NCBI GenBank assembly: GCA_024640135.1 | Contig: JAHEFO010000003.1 | Coordinates: 1 to 54,441, forward strand | Length of the DNA stretch: 54,441 nucleotides | Direction of reading: 5' to 3' | DNA from: Acidobacteriota bacterium | GTDB taxonomy: Bacteria > Acidobacteriota > Vicinamibacteria > Vicinamibacterales > SCN-69-37 | Shown here: positions 8,469 to 16,182 of the stretch, in pieces | How positions within the stretch are numbered: position 1 is the stretch's first letter | Layout: each line of letters opens with the position of its first letter | Program-made: the position numbers and the translations under genes | Notes under the pieces: model-generated | The model's database searches: none | What the model saw: only the letters and a program-made list of their open reading frames with translations | Told to the model about the DNA's origin: nothing

Positions 8469-9899
8469 CGTCCCGGCCCGGCTTCCACGGCGTCCCTCGT
8501 CAGACGCCATCGAGGCTGGCACGTGCCGCCGGGATCCCGGAATCTCGATGTTCAGGATCTTGATCTTGTAGTTCATCACCCGGGGACTGATACCCAGCAG
8601 GTTTGCGGCGTCCTTCTGAATCCAGTTGGACATCTTGAGGGCTTCCATCACGGCCTGCCGCTCGATTTCCTCCAGAGGAATGCCGGTCGGAGGGATCTTC
8701 ACCACAATCGAGCGTTGTCCCGACGCCGCCGACGCCTGATCGCCGATCTGCAAATCGTCCGTCGTGATGGCCTCGCCTTCCGTCAGCAGGACGGCGCGCT
8801 CGACGACATTCTCCAGCTCCCGGATGTTGCCCGGCCAATGATGCCGCATCAACACCTTCTGGGCCTCCGGATCGATGCAGTCGACCCGCTTCTTGAGTTC
8901 CGCCGAGAAGCGGTGCACAAAGAACTCGGCCAGCGCCGGGATGTCGTCCTTCCGGTCGCGCAGGGGCGGCATTTCCAGCGAGACGACGTTGAGACGGTAG
9001 AACAAGTCCTCGCGGAACAGCCCGTCCTGCACCATCTGGGACAGATTGCGGTTCGTCGCCGTGATGATTCGGACATCCACCCGCACCGTGCGAGTGCCGC
9101 CGAGCCGCTCGAATTCGTGTTCCTGCAGCACCCGCAGGATCTTCGCCTGCGTGCTCTGACTCATGTCCCCGACTTCGTCCAGGAACAAGCTGCCGCCATC
9201 GGCCTGTTCGAAGCGGCCAATCCGCTGTTTGTCCGCGCTTGTGAACGCGCCCTTCTCGTGCCCGAAGAGCTCCGACTCCAGAAGGTTTTCCTGCAGCGCC
9301 GCGCAGTTGACTTTGACGAACGCCTTGTTGGCCCGCATCGAATTGTGGTGGATCGCGCCGGCGATGAGTTCCTTGCCCGTACCCGTTTCGCCGCGAATCA
9401 GAATCGTCGAATTGCTGCGCGCCACCTTCGACACGACACCGAGCACCTGCTTGAGGGCCCCGCTGCCTCCCACAATGCGATCGACATCGTAGAGGTCCTC
9501 CTGGGCATGACGCAGGTAGTCCACCTGATTCTTGAGATGCCGGAGGTCGATGGCCTTCTCGATCTTGAGTTCCATCTCCTCAATCTCGAAAGGCTTCTGA
9601 ACGAAGTCGATGGCGCCCATCTTCATCGCCTCCACCGCGGTGTGGATCGATCCAAAGGCCGTCATCAGGATGACGGCCGCATCCGGCTGGACCGAACGCG
9701 CCGTGCGCAGGACGTCCATGCCGTCGGCGCCTCCCATGCGAAGGTCCGTCAAGACCACGTCAAACTGGCCGCCTTGCAGCCGCTCGATCGCACCAGTGCC
9801 GTTCGGGGCATCCTCGACATCGTGCCCGGCGTTTGAGAGCGCTTTGACCAGCCCCTTGCGCAGCGAATCGTGATCGTCAACTATGAGAATTCGACCCAT
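8442..9899 (-). CDS. Sigma-54-dependent response regulator (NtrC family bEBP)
   Basis: REC domain (ILIVDDHDSL...VVLTDLRMGG), AAA+ module (GETGTGKE, ESELFGHEKGAFTSA = GAFTGA-loop variant) and a C-terminal Fis-type HTH (AANLLGISPRVMNYKIK). The 3' end overlaps the xerC 3' end by 27 nt. Confidence 0.9.
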   Translation of the reverse strand: MGRILIVDDHDSLRKGLVKALSNAGHDVEDAPNGTGAIERLQGGQFDVVLTDLRMGGADGMDVLRTARSVQPDAAVILMTAFGSIHTAVEAMKMGAIDFVQKPFEIEEMELKIEKAIDLRHLKNQVDYLRHAQEDLYDVDRIVGGSGALKQVLGVVSKVARSNSTILIRGETGTGKELIAGAIHHNSMRANKAFVKVNCAALQENLLESELFGHEKGAFTSADKQRIGRFEQADGGSLFLDEVGDMSQSTQAKILRVLQEHEFERLGGTRTVRVDVRIITATNRNLSQMVQDGLFREDLFYRLNVVSLEMPPLRDRKDDIPALAEFFVHRFSAELKKRVDCIDPEAQKVLMRHHWPGNIRELENVVERAVLLTEGEAITTDDLQIGDQASAASGQRSIVVKIPPTGIPLEEIERQAVMEALKMSNWIQKDAANLLGISPRVMNYKIKILNIEIPGSRRHVPASMASDEGRRGSRAGTSGLARSRV

Positions 9900-11097
9900 A
9901 TCTACTCTTCCTGAGTTCAGAGGTGGCTGGTTTGACCGGCAGGGTCACCACAAACGTGGTGCCAAGCCCCGGCGCGGAACTGACCTCGATGATTCCATCG
10001 TGTGCGACCACCACTTTGCGCACGATCGACAAGCCGAGCCCCGTGCCTTTGGGCTTCGTGGTGAAGAACGGACTGAAAATACGCTCAAGATCGTCCTCAG
10101 AGATGCCGGGGCCGTCATCGCGGACCTCAATCGTCACCTGCGCCGGCAGCGGTTGTCCCGCGCTGGCCGGTTCCGAGTCTTCCGGAACGTGCGAGATCCT
10201 CACGTGCACCCCGCCACCCGGACTCATCGCCTCAATCGCGTTGGTCATCAGGTTCGTGAACATTTGACGCAACTGCTGAGCATCCGCCAGCAGTTCCGGC
10301 ACGTTGTCAGCCACCCTTACGGAGACCTGAGAGGCGCCGCGTTCGAGTCCCTCGATGGCATCCTGGACGACGTCCCTGACACTGAGGTGGTCGACTTGCA
10401 GCCGAATCGGACGGACGAACTCAAGGACCTCCACGACGATGGCGTTGGCAAGCTTGGATTCCTTGATGATCTCTCCGAGCGTCTCCATGGCATCCGGCTG
10501 GTCCCGCAACTGGCGCCGCAAGGTGCCGGCCATGATCTCGATGCTGGTGAGGGGATTCTTGACCTCGTGCGCAATGGCCGCCGCCATCTCGCCCAGCGTG
10601 GCAAGGCGGTCGCGCAGCCGTTCGCGCTCCTCAATCTGTTCCACCCGCGTCAGGTCCTTGAAGAAGAGCGTCAGCCCGACTTCCTCGTGGGCGTCATCGT
10701 GAATCTTCGACATCGTGTAGCCGATCGCCCGGCCGGTCTTTCGGAGGCGGAGTTCTGCGCGGTTGGCCAGGCGCGATGTCTCGAATGCTGACTGCAGCAC
10801 CCGCACCACTTCAGGGCAGTCCTGGAGAACCTCCTGGAACGGCCTTCCGAGATCACTCGGGTTCGGCTTCAGCCCGAGTACCCGATAGGCGATGCCATTC
10901 ATGGCCGCGATGCGCCCATCGCGTGTGATGGCCAGAACCCCGTTGCGGAGATTGAGAACGAGGTGACGGAAGAACCGATCAGGCAGCGTCCCGTAGGCTT
11001 TCGGGCTCCTGGGGGCACGAGTCGAAGCGGCTTTCCCCCCGGTCTTCGACCTTCTTCTCGGCGCTACTTGTGGCGTTGAGGATACTTGGGTACTCAT
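9877..11097 (-). CDS. Soluble PAS-domain sensor histidine kinase
   Basis: H-box MAAAIAHEVKNPLTSI, N-box LMTNAIEAM, G-boxes DDGPGI / GTGLGLSIV. A PAS-like segment precedes them. I see no hydrophobic TM segment. The N-tail is basic. It overlaps the regulator gene by 23 nt. Confidence 0.85.
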   Translation of the reverse strand: MSTQVSSTPQVAPRRRSKTGGKAASTRAPRSPKAYGTLPDRFFRHLVLNLRNGVLAITRDGRIAAMNGIAYRVLGLKPNPSDLGRPFQEVLQDCPEVVRVLQSAFETSRLANRAELRLRKTGRAIGYTMSKIHDDAHEEVGLTLFFKDLTRVEQIEERERLRDRLATLGEMAAAIAHEVKNPLTSIEIMAGTLRRQLRDQPDAMETLGEIIKESKLANAIVVEVLEFVRPIRLQVDHLSVRDVVQDAIEGLERGASQVSVRVADNVPELLADAQQLRQMFTNLMTNAIEAMSPGGGVHVRISHVPEDSEPASAGQPLPAQVTIEVRDDGPGISEDDLERIFSPFFTTKPKGTGLGLSIVRKVVVAHDGIIEVSSAPGLGTTFVVTLPVKPATSELRKSRYGSNSHS

Positions 11098-11193
11098 CTA
11101 ACAGTACCTCAGTGCAGGCAAGGGACGTACCGAGTCTGATGGCCAAAGAGGGCGGCATTATGGCGTTTTCGTCGAAAACCAGGCACCCCGAAT

Positions 11194-11222
11194 AATTACA
11201 AAATCAGCCGAGAATTACAAAA
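11194..11222. repeat. Direct repeat AATTACAAAA x2 (start-to-start 19 bp) in an AT-rich island
   Basis: Exact 10-mers at 11194-11203 and 11213-11222, inside the 145-bp spacer upstream of the kinase gene. Confidence 0.7.
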
Positions 11223-11242
11223 GTGTCAGGTTGGCCCCGGCT

Positions 11243-13195
11243 TTAGTCATCCGGAGCTTCTTGAAGCGCCTCCCAGCTGTTCATCAAGTCGCCAACCTCC
11301 CACATGAGCTGTTTGTGTCTTGCGATGGCGGTTTCGGCGGCGGCCCGGTCGTCATAGAATCCCGGGCCCGCCATTTCGGTCTCGATGGCCTTGACTGCCG
11401 CTTCGTGCGTGGCAATCCGCTGCTCGAGGTCGGCAATGCGATTGCGGCGGTCGTCAGTCGCCCGTTGGCGACGACGGGCCTCGGCATCCGCCCGTTTCTT
11501 CTTCTCGTAGGAGAGGTGCGGCCGGGCCGGCGGGGGCGACTTCCTGCCGGATGCGGCCGGAGAGACGTCCGGCGCGGCCAGCGCCTGCTCGCGCTGTTTC
11601 TTGCTCCAGAGGTATTCCTCGTAGGTGCCTGGATAGATCTCCACCTGGCCCTGACCGACGGTGACAATCTTCGTTGCCAGGCGGTCGACGAAGTACCGGT
11701 CGTGGGAGACAAAGATGAGGGTGCCGCCGAAATCTGCCAGCGCGGCAAGCAGCACATCTTTTGAATCAATGTCGAGATGATTCGTCGGTTCGTCGAGGAG
11801 GAGCGTATTGGCTGGTTTGAGGAGCATTCGCGCGACGGCCAATCGGGTACGTTCACCGCCCGAGAGGACGCCGGCCTTCTTGTAGATGTCGTCGCCGGCG
11901 AAGAGGAAGCCGCCGAGGAGGTTCCGAATCATCGGCACCATGGCGATTGGGGCGTCCGCTTCGAGCGTTTGATACACCGTCTTCTCCGGATCGAGCAGGG
12001 CAGCCTCGTCTTGCGCGAAGTACTGCATGACCACCTGATGACCGTGGCGGCAGGTTCCGGCATTGGGTGCTTCGGCTCCAGACAACATGCGCATCAGCGT
12101 GGACTTGCCGGCGCCGTTGGGTGCCACGAGGGCGATTCGATCACCCCGCTCCACATGCATGTTGAGGTGATCGAACACGACCAGGTCGCCGTAGGCTTTG
12201 CGCACCTCTTTCAGCTCGATCACGATTCGGCCGCTCTTCGGGCAGGCCGGAAACGTGAAGTGCACATGTTTCCGTTCAGGCGGCACCTCGATGAGTTCGA
12301 TCTTCTCGAGCATCTTGATGCGGCTTTGCACCTGAGCGGCTTTTGTCGCCTGATAGCGAAACCGGTCGATGAAGGCGCGCATCCGCCCGACCTCGTCGTC
12401 CTGCTCCAGCTTGGCCTTGCGCAAGCGTTCCATGCGCGCGTCGTACTCAATGAGGTAGGCAGAGTAGCTGCCGACATAGTCGGTGATGGTCCGCAGCGAC
12501 AAGTCCGCGATCTTCGTCACGACTGCGTCGAGGAAGTACCGATCGTGTGAGACCACGATGACCGGGTGGGGATACGCGATGAGGTAGGACTCCAGCCAGT
12601 TCCGGGCGTCGAGGTCCAGATGGTTGGTCGGTTCGTCGAGCAGCAACAGACCGGGGCGACCCAGGAGGAGCGTCGCCAGGGCGATGCGCATCTGCCAGCC
12701 CCCGGAGAAGGTCTCTACCGGCTTGTCGGCATCCGATCGTGCGAACCCAAGGCCGTCGAGCACCTGCGTGACCCGGAGGTTGATGCTGTGGCCTTCTTCG
12801 CGCCGGAACAACTCCGACAGGTCGTGGTAACGCACCAGCAGGCGCTCATGTTCGCCATCGGGAAGCGCTGGTTCGGCCAGGGTGTGTTCGATGCGTGAGA
12901 GTTCGTCGCGGGCGTCGAGCAACGGGCGAAAAGCCTGCGAAACCTCCTCGACGAGCGTGCGGCCGGAGTGCTCGAGCCCGTCCTGCGGCAGGTAGCCGAC
13001 CGTCAAGCCGCTGGGCCTGATGACGAGGCCGCTGTCGGGTTCGTCCAGTCCGGCCAGCATCCGTAGCAGCGTGGTCTTTCCGGCGCCGTTGGGCCCGCAG
13101 AGGCCGACACGGTCACCATCAGAAACCTGCCAGCTTACGCGGTCGAGGAGGACACGCTCGCCGAAACGTTTGGTGAGTCCTGAAAGCTGAATCAA
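11243..13195 (-). CDS. ABC-F family ATPase (Uup-like, two ABC domains plus C-terminal coiled coil)
   Basis: Two Walker A motifs (GPNGAGKTT, APNGAGKST), two signature motifs (FSGGWQMR, LSGGERTR), no TM domain, and a charged C-terminal helix (RRRQRATDDRRNRIADLEQRIATHEAAVKAIE). The start codon is TTG (caa on plus at 13193-13195). Confidence 0.9.
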   Translation of the reverse strand: MIQLSGLTKRFGERVLLDRVSWQVSDGDRVGLCGPNGAGKTTLLRMLAGLDEPDSGLVIRPSGLTVGYLPQDGLEHSGRTLVEEVSQAFRPLLDARDELSRIEHTLAEPALPDGEHERLLVRYHDLSELFRREEGHSINLRVTQVLDGLGFARSDADKPVETFSGGWQMRIALATLLLGRPGLLLLDEPTNHLDLDARNWLESYLIAYPHPVIVVSHDRYFLDAVVTKIADLSLRTITDYVGSYSAYLIEYDARMERLRKAKLEQDDEVGRMRAFIDRFRYQATKAAQVQSRIKMLEKIELIEVPPERKHVHFTFPACPKSGRIVIELKEVRKAYGDLVVFDHLNMHVERGDRIALVAPNGAGKSTLMRMLSGAEAPNAGTCRHGHQVVMQYFAQDEAALLDPEKTVYQTLEADAPIAMVPMIRNLLGGFLFAGDDIYKKAGVLSGGERTRLAVARMLLKPANTLLLDEPTNHLDIDSKDVLLAALADFGGTLIFVSHDRYFVDRLATKIVTVGQGQVEIYPGTYEEYLWSKKQREQALAAPDVSPAASGRKSPPPARPHLSYEKKKRADAEARRRQRATDDRRNRIADLEQRIATHEAAVKAIETEMAGPGFYDDRAAAETAIARHKQLMWEVGDLMNSWEALQEAPDD

Positions 13196-13592
13196 GCTTC
13201 GGCTGGGGGGGCTGCGAGAATCCGCGGCAGGTGGGCAGGTCCCGGTGGCACTGCGTGGCTGGCCCGTCGGAGGACCGACGAAGGGCCCATGATCGGCATT
13301 CTCAGGTGTACGATGAGCAAGTTGCGGTCTCTTTCGCGCCGAAAGTCTCTGATCGCTGCGCGTCGGCCCCGTAATTCACGGTGAGGGCACACTCGGATCG
13401 GCAGCGCTTTTCGGCCTCTTGGGACAAAGTCTAACACTGCGGCCGCCGGGCCCGAAGAGACCGCGACCACTATACTGATGTGGATCCTTCCGTCCGTACA
13501 GACTCTTCGAGCTGTCGGGTCGTCCAAACAGGCAAATGGGCCCGAAAGGCGGACAGGATGCCGGGGTTGGCTCTGTCCCCCGATGAGAATCG

Positions 13593-14198
13593 ATGACGTC
13601 AGACGAAGAACTGGTTGCTCGCGCGACCGCCGGAGATCAGGACGCTTTCAGCCAGCTCGTGGCGCGCTGGGAACGGCCGATCTATGCCTTGGCGTATCGG
13701 ACGCTCAGGCGCGAGGAGGAAGCGCGCGACGTCGTCCAGGATGCGTTCTTGCGGGCCTATCGCGGCCTCAAAGGGTTCAAGGGCGAGGCGAAGTTCTCCT
13801 CCTGGTTGTATCGCATTACGCTCAATCTGTGCCGGGACTGGATGCGCAAGCAACGCCGGGCGCCAGTGGTCCAGGTGTCAGAGGGGACGGACCCGTTGGA
13901 CCTGGCGGATCAGCAGGCCGCGCCAACTGAATCTGTCGAGGATTTGGTGGCCCGCAGGGAAATGTCGGCAGCGGTCCAGGTAGCGATGGCCGACCTGCCA
14001 GAGGAACAACGCATGGCCATCATGCTGAAGGAGTACCACGGGCTGACGTTTCAGGAAATTGCCGACATGTTGGACTGCCCCCTCAGTACCGTCAAGACGA
14101 GGCTCTATCAGGGACTCTCGGTCCTGCGACGGCGGCTGGAGCGGCAGCAGGCGGAGACGGCCCGCCTTCGGCGCGCGACTTGGGAAAGTACAACGTAG
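13593..14198 (+). CDS. ECF-type RNA polymerase sigma-70 factor
   Basis: Region 2 (DVVQDAFLRAYRGLKGFKGEAKFSSWLYRITLN) and region 4 HTH (GLTFQEIADMLDCPLSTVKTRLYQG). Confidence 0.9.
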   Translation: MTSDEELVARATAGDQDAFSQLVARWERPIYALAYRTLRREEEARDVVQDAFLRAYRGLKGFKGEAKFSSWLYRITLNLCRDWMRKQRRAPVVQVSEGTDPLDLADQQAAPTESVEDLVARREMSAAVQVAMADLPEEQRMAIMLKEYHGLTFQEIADMLDCPLSTVKTRLYQGLSVLRRRLERQQAETARLRRATWESTT

Positions 14199-14201
14199 TG
14201 A

Positions 14202-14933
14202 GTGGTGAGGACGGACCAGATGTGTGAACAGCGCGAACGTGTATTGGACTACCTCTACAATGAGGCGTCGGCGGCCAGCCGGAGTGAGCTCGAGGAGCAC
14301 TTCCTGGCGTGCGATGACTGCCGCGACGACATGCGGGCCTTTCGACGGGTACGAGAGGACCTGCTCGCGTGGGACGTGCCGGAGCCGGCGTCGGTATGGA
14401 CGCCATTTGCACCGGCGCCTGTCGTGCCGTGGTTCCGGCAGGTGCCGGCGTGGGCCATGGCCGCGGCCGCGGGTCTGATGTTCGTGGTGGGTGGCGCCGG
14501 AGCGTCAACCGCGCTGGCGATTGGCAGCGCACGGGGCGCTGAGCCGGCGGTCATGGCTGCGGTGCCGGTCGCGGTTCCCGCTGAGCCCGCACTGGATGCC
14601 CAGGCGATCGCATCGTTGGTGCGCCAGGAACTGTCGAGCGCCCGGGCCGAGACCACGGCACGGATGACGCCGGTGGCGACTGCTGTGCCCGCGGCGCTGA
14701 AGCTGGATGCGGCGACTGAGCGGCGGCTGCTGGCCCAGACCAATCAACTGGTTGGCGCGAGTGAGGAACGTCAGATGAGTCTCGTCAGAGGCTTCCTGTT
14801 TGAGGTGGCGCTGGAAGCCGAGCGGCAACGGCGGGATGATGGCCAGCGGCTGGGCGCACTCCAGGCCCAGGTGAACCAGTTGCAGGATTATGTCAACCAA
14901 TTGCTGGTTCTGCAGCAGACGAAGGTGCAGTGA
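14202..14933 (+). CDS. Anti-sigma factor, zf-HC2 type, single-pass membrane
   Basis: C-x...H-x3-C-x2-C pattern (MCEQRERVLDYLY...EEHFLACDDCRDD), a central TM helix (AWAMAAAAGLMFVVGGAGA) and a C-terminal coiled coil. It lies immediately after the ECF sigma gene. The start could be ATG 14220. Confidence 0.7.
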   Translation: MVRTDQMCEQRERVLDYLYNEASAASRSELEEHFLACDDCRDDMRAFRRVREDLLAWDVPEPASVWTPFAPAPVVPWFRQVPAWAMAAAAGLMFVVGGAGASTALAIGSARGAEPAVMAAVPVAVPAEPALDAQAIASLVRQELSSARAETTARMTPVATAVPAALKLDAATERRLLAQTNQLVGASEERQMSLVRGFLFEVALEAERQRRDDGQRLGALQAQVNQLQDYVNQLLVLQQTKVQ

Positions 14934-15652
14934 TGAAACGAATGAAGGTCGTCGTGGCAGGACTGGTGCTGGCCACCGGGGTAGTTTCTGGTCAGGAACC
15001 CCAGAGGCCGAATGTGCCGCTGGACGTGCAGATGCAGCAGCGCCGCTTCCAGTTCCAGTTGATGGAAAGCGTGCTGGAGAATGCCGTGCGGCAGGGCGCC
15101 CAGCAGGTTGCCAACCGCGCGCAGGGCGTGATGCCCATGGGGATGCTGTTTTTTGGCATGCCCAAGGCGCGGGGCTTTCCCCTCGAGCCGTTCGGTGTCG
15201 TCTTTGATGTGGAGATTCCACAGATTCGAGAGAGCGCCGTTCTGCTCAACCAGTTGCCCCGGCCCAGCCAGGCGCCACGGGCGCCGCAGACGGTGTCCAA
15301 TGGCGGGGCCGCCGGCACTGCCCGCGCCACGGGCGTGGTGCCGGACGACCCGATGGCTCGCTCCCCGGTGACTGGCGACCCGTTCCTGGCTGATCCGGAT
15401 CACTTCTACCGCGAGGTGATTACCGAGAAGCTGATTACCGCGATGCTGGACTACTCGAAATCGCTCGAGATCGCCGAGAATGAATGGCTGTCGGTGGTTG
15501 CGCGCGGCGAGGAGGAGCCGATTCAGACGAATCTCTACAACGATTCGCGGACGTTGATTCTCCGGGTCAAGGGGTCGGATCTTGCGCTGTTCTACAGTGG
15601 AAATATTTCACGTGACGAGATGAGGCAACGGGTCGTCCAATCGCAGTTTTGA
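14930..15652 (+). CDS. Hypothetical secreted protein
   Basis: Signal peptide MMKRMKVVVAGLVLATGVVSGQ. It overlaps the anti-sigma stop (GTGATG). I recognise no family. Confidence 0.6.
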   Translation: MMKRMKVVVAGLVLATGVVSGQEPQRPNVPLDVQMQQRRFQFQLMESVLENAVRQGAQQVANRAQGVMPMGMLFFGMPKARGFPLEPFGVVFDVEIPQIRESAVLLNQLPRPSQAPRAPQTVSNGGAAGTARATGVVPDDPMARSPVTGDPFLADPDHFYREVITEKLITAMLDYSKSLEIAENEWLSVVARGEEEPIQTNLYNDSRTLILRVKGSDLALFYSGNISRDEMRQRVVQSQF

Positions 15653-15660
15653 TCTACAAT

Positions 15661-15690
15661 CGGCGGGACATGTCCCGCCGATTTTTTTTC
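15661..15690 (+). terminator. Intrinsic (Rho-independent) terminator
   Basis: cGGCGGGA-CATG-TCCCGCCg forms an 8-bp GC-rich stem with a 4-nt loop (15661-15680), followed by A + T8 (15681-15689). It starts 9 nt after the stop at 15650-15652. It is the only hairpin followed by a long T-run that I noticed in the window. Confidence 0.7.
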
Positions 15691-16182
15691 GCTGGTGCGG
15701 TCCTCGTCCTGGCGCTGGTCACGTCCGCTGGTTGCGCGACGGTTGACCTGAAGACTGCGGTTGACATCACCGAAGTCTCGTCTGGGTACTTCGACGCTGG
15801 AATCACTGATTCGGGCCTGAACAAGCTCGTCCCAAGCATCACGTTCAATATCCACAACGCGGCCGACACCACGCTGTCATCCGTCGATATGGTCGTCCTG
15901 TTCTGGCAGGATGGCAGAGATGCTGAGATGGATGAGCTGGTTGTGACGGCCATCGGCGGATCCGGACTGGAGCCGGGAGCCAGCAGTGAACCGCTGGTGC
16001 TTCGGGCCTCGGTGGGTTACACGCTGGACCAGCCGCGCGCCGAACTGTTCGCGCACTCGCAGTTCGTCGACGTCACGGCGAAGCTGTTCGCCAAACGCGG
16101 CGGCCGCATCGTTCCGGTCGGCGAGTTCAAGATCGATCGGCGTATCCTGCTCGGCACGCCCACACATCCGGAATCCGAGTGA
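15670..16182 (+). CDS. Hypothetical lipoprotein
   Basis: MSRRFFFAGAVLVLALVTSAGCATVD: basic n-region, hydrophobic core and a lipobox-like SAGC. I trimmed the start from the TTG at 15649 to the ATG at 15670. There is a GTGA overlap with the permease gene. Confidence 0.6.
   Translation: MSRRFFFAGAVLVLALVTSAGCATVDLKTAVDITEVSSGYFDAGITDSGLNKLVPSITFNIHNAADTTLSSVDMVVLFWQDGRDAEMDELVVTAIGGSGLEPGASSEPLVLRASVGYTLDQPRAELFAHSQFVDVTAKLFAKRGGRIVPVGEFKIDRRILLGTPTHPESE

Noticed and set aside
11164-11178. Inverted repeat GTTTTCG-t-CGAAAAC as a terminator for the ABC-F gene.
   Set aside because: The stem is short and AU-rich, with a 1-nt centre (effectively about 5 bp) and no following U-tract on the minus strand.
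13246-13260. TGGCACtgcgtGGCT as a sigma-54 promoter for the ECF sigma gene. A similar cGGCACcgtcaAGCA lies at 51542-51556, upstream of padR.
   Set aside because: The GC dinucleotide is displaced by one position (GG-N9-GC). The first site is also more than 330 nt from the gene. Neither fits the strict -24/-12 spacing.
13192-13527. 111-aa ORF in the ABC-F / ECF sigma intergenic region, ending in a TTGA-type overlap with the ABC-F start.
   Set aside because: Its composition is Arg/Pro-rich with no hydrophobic core, motif or obvious RBS. I treat the region as non-coding or regulatory (see finding).
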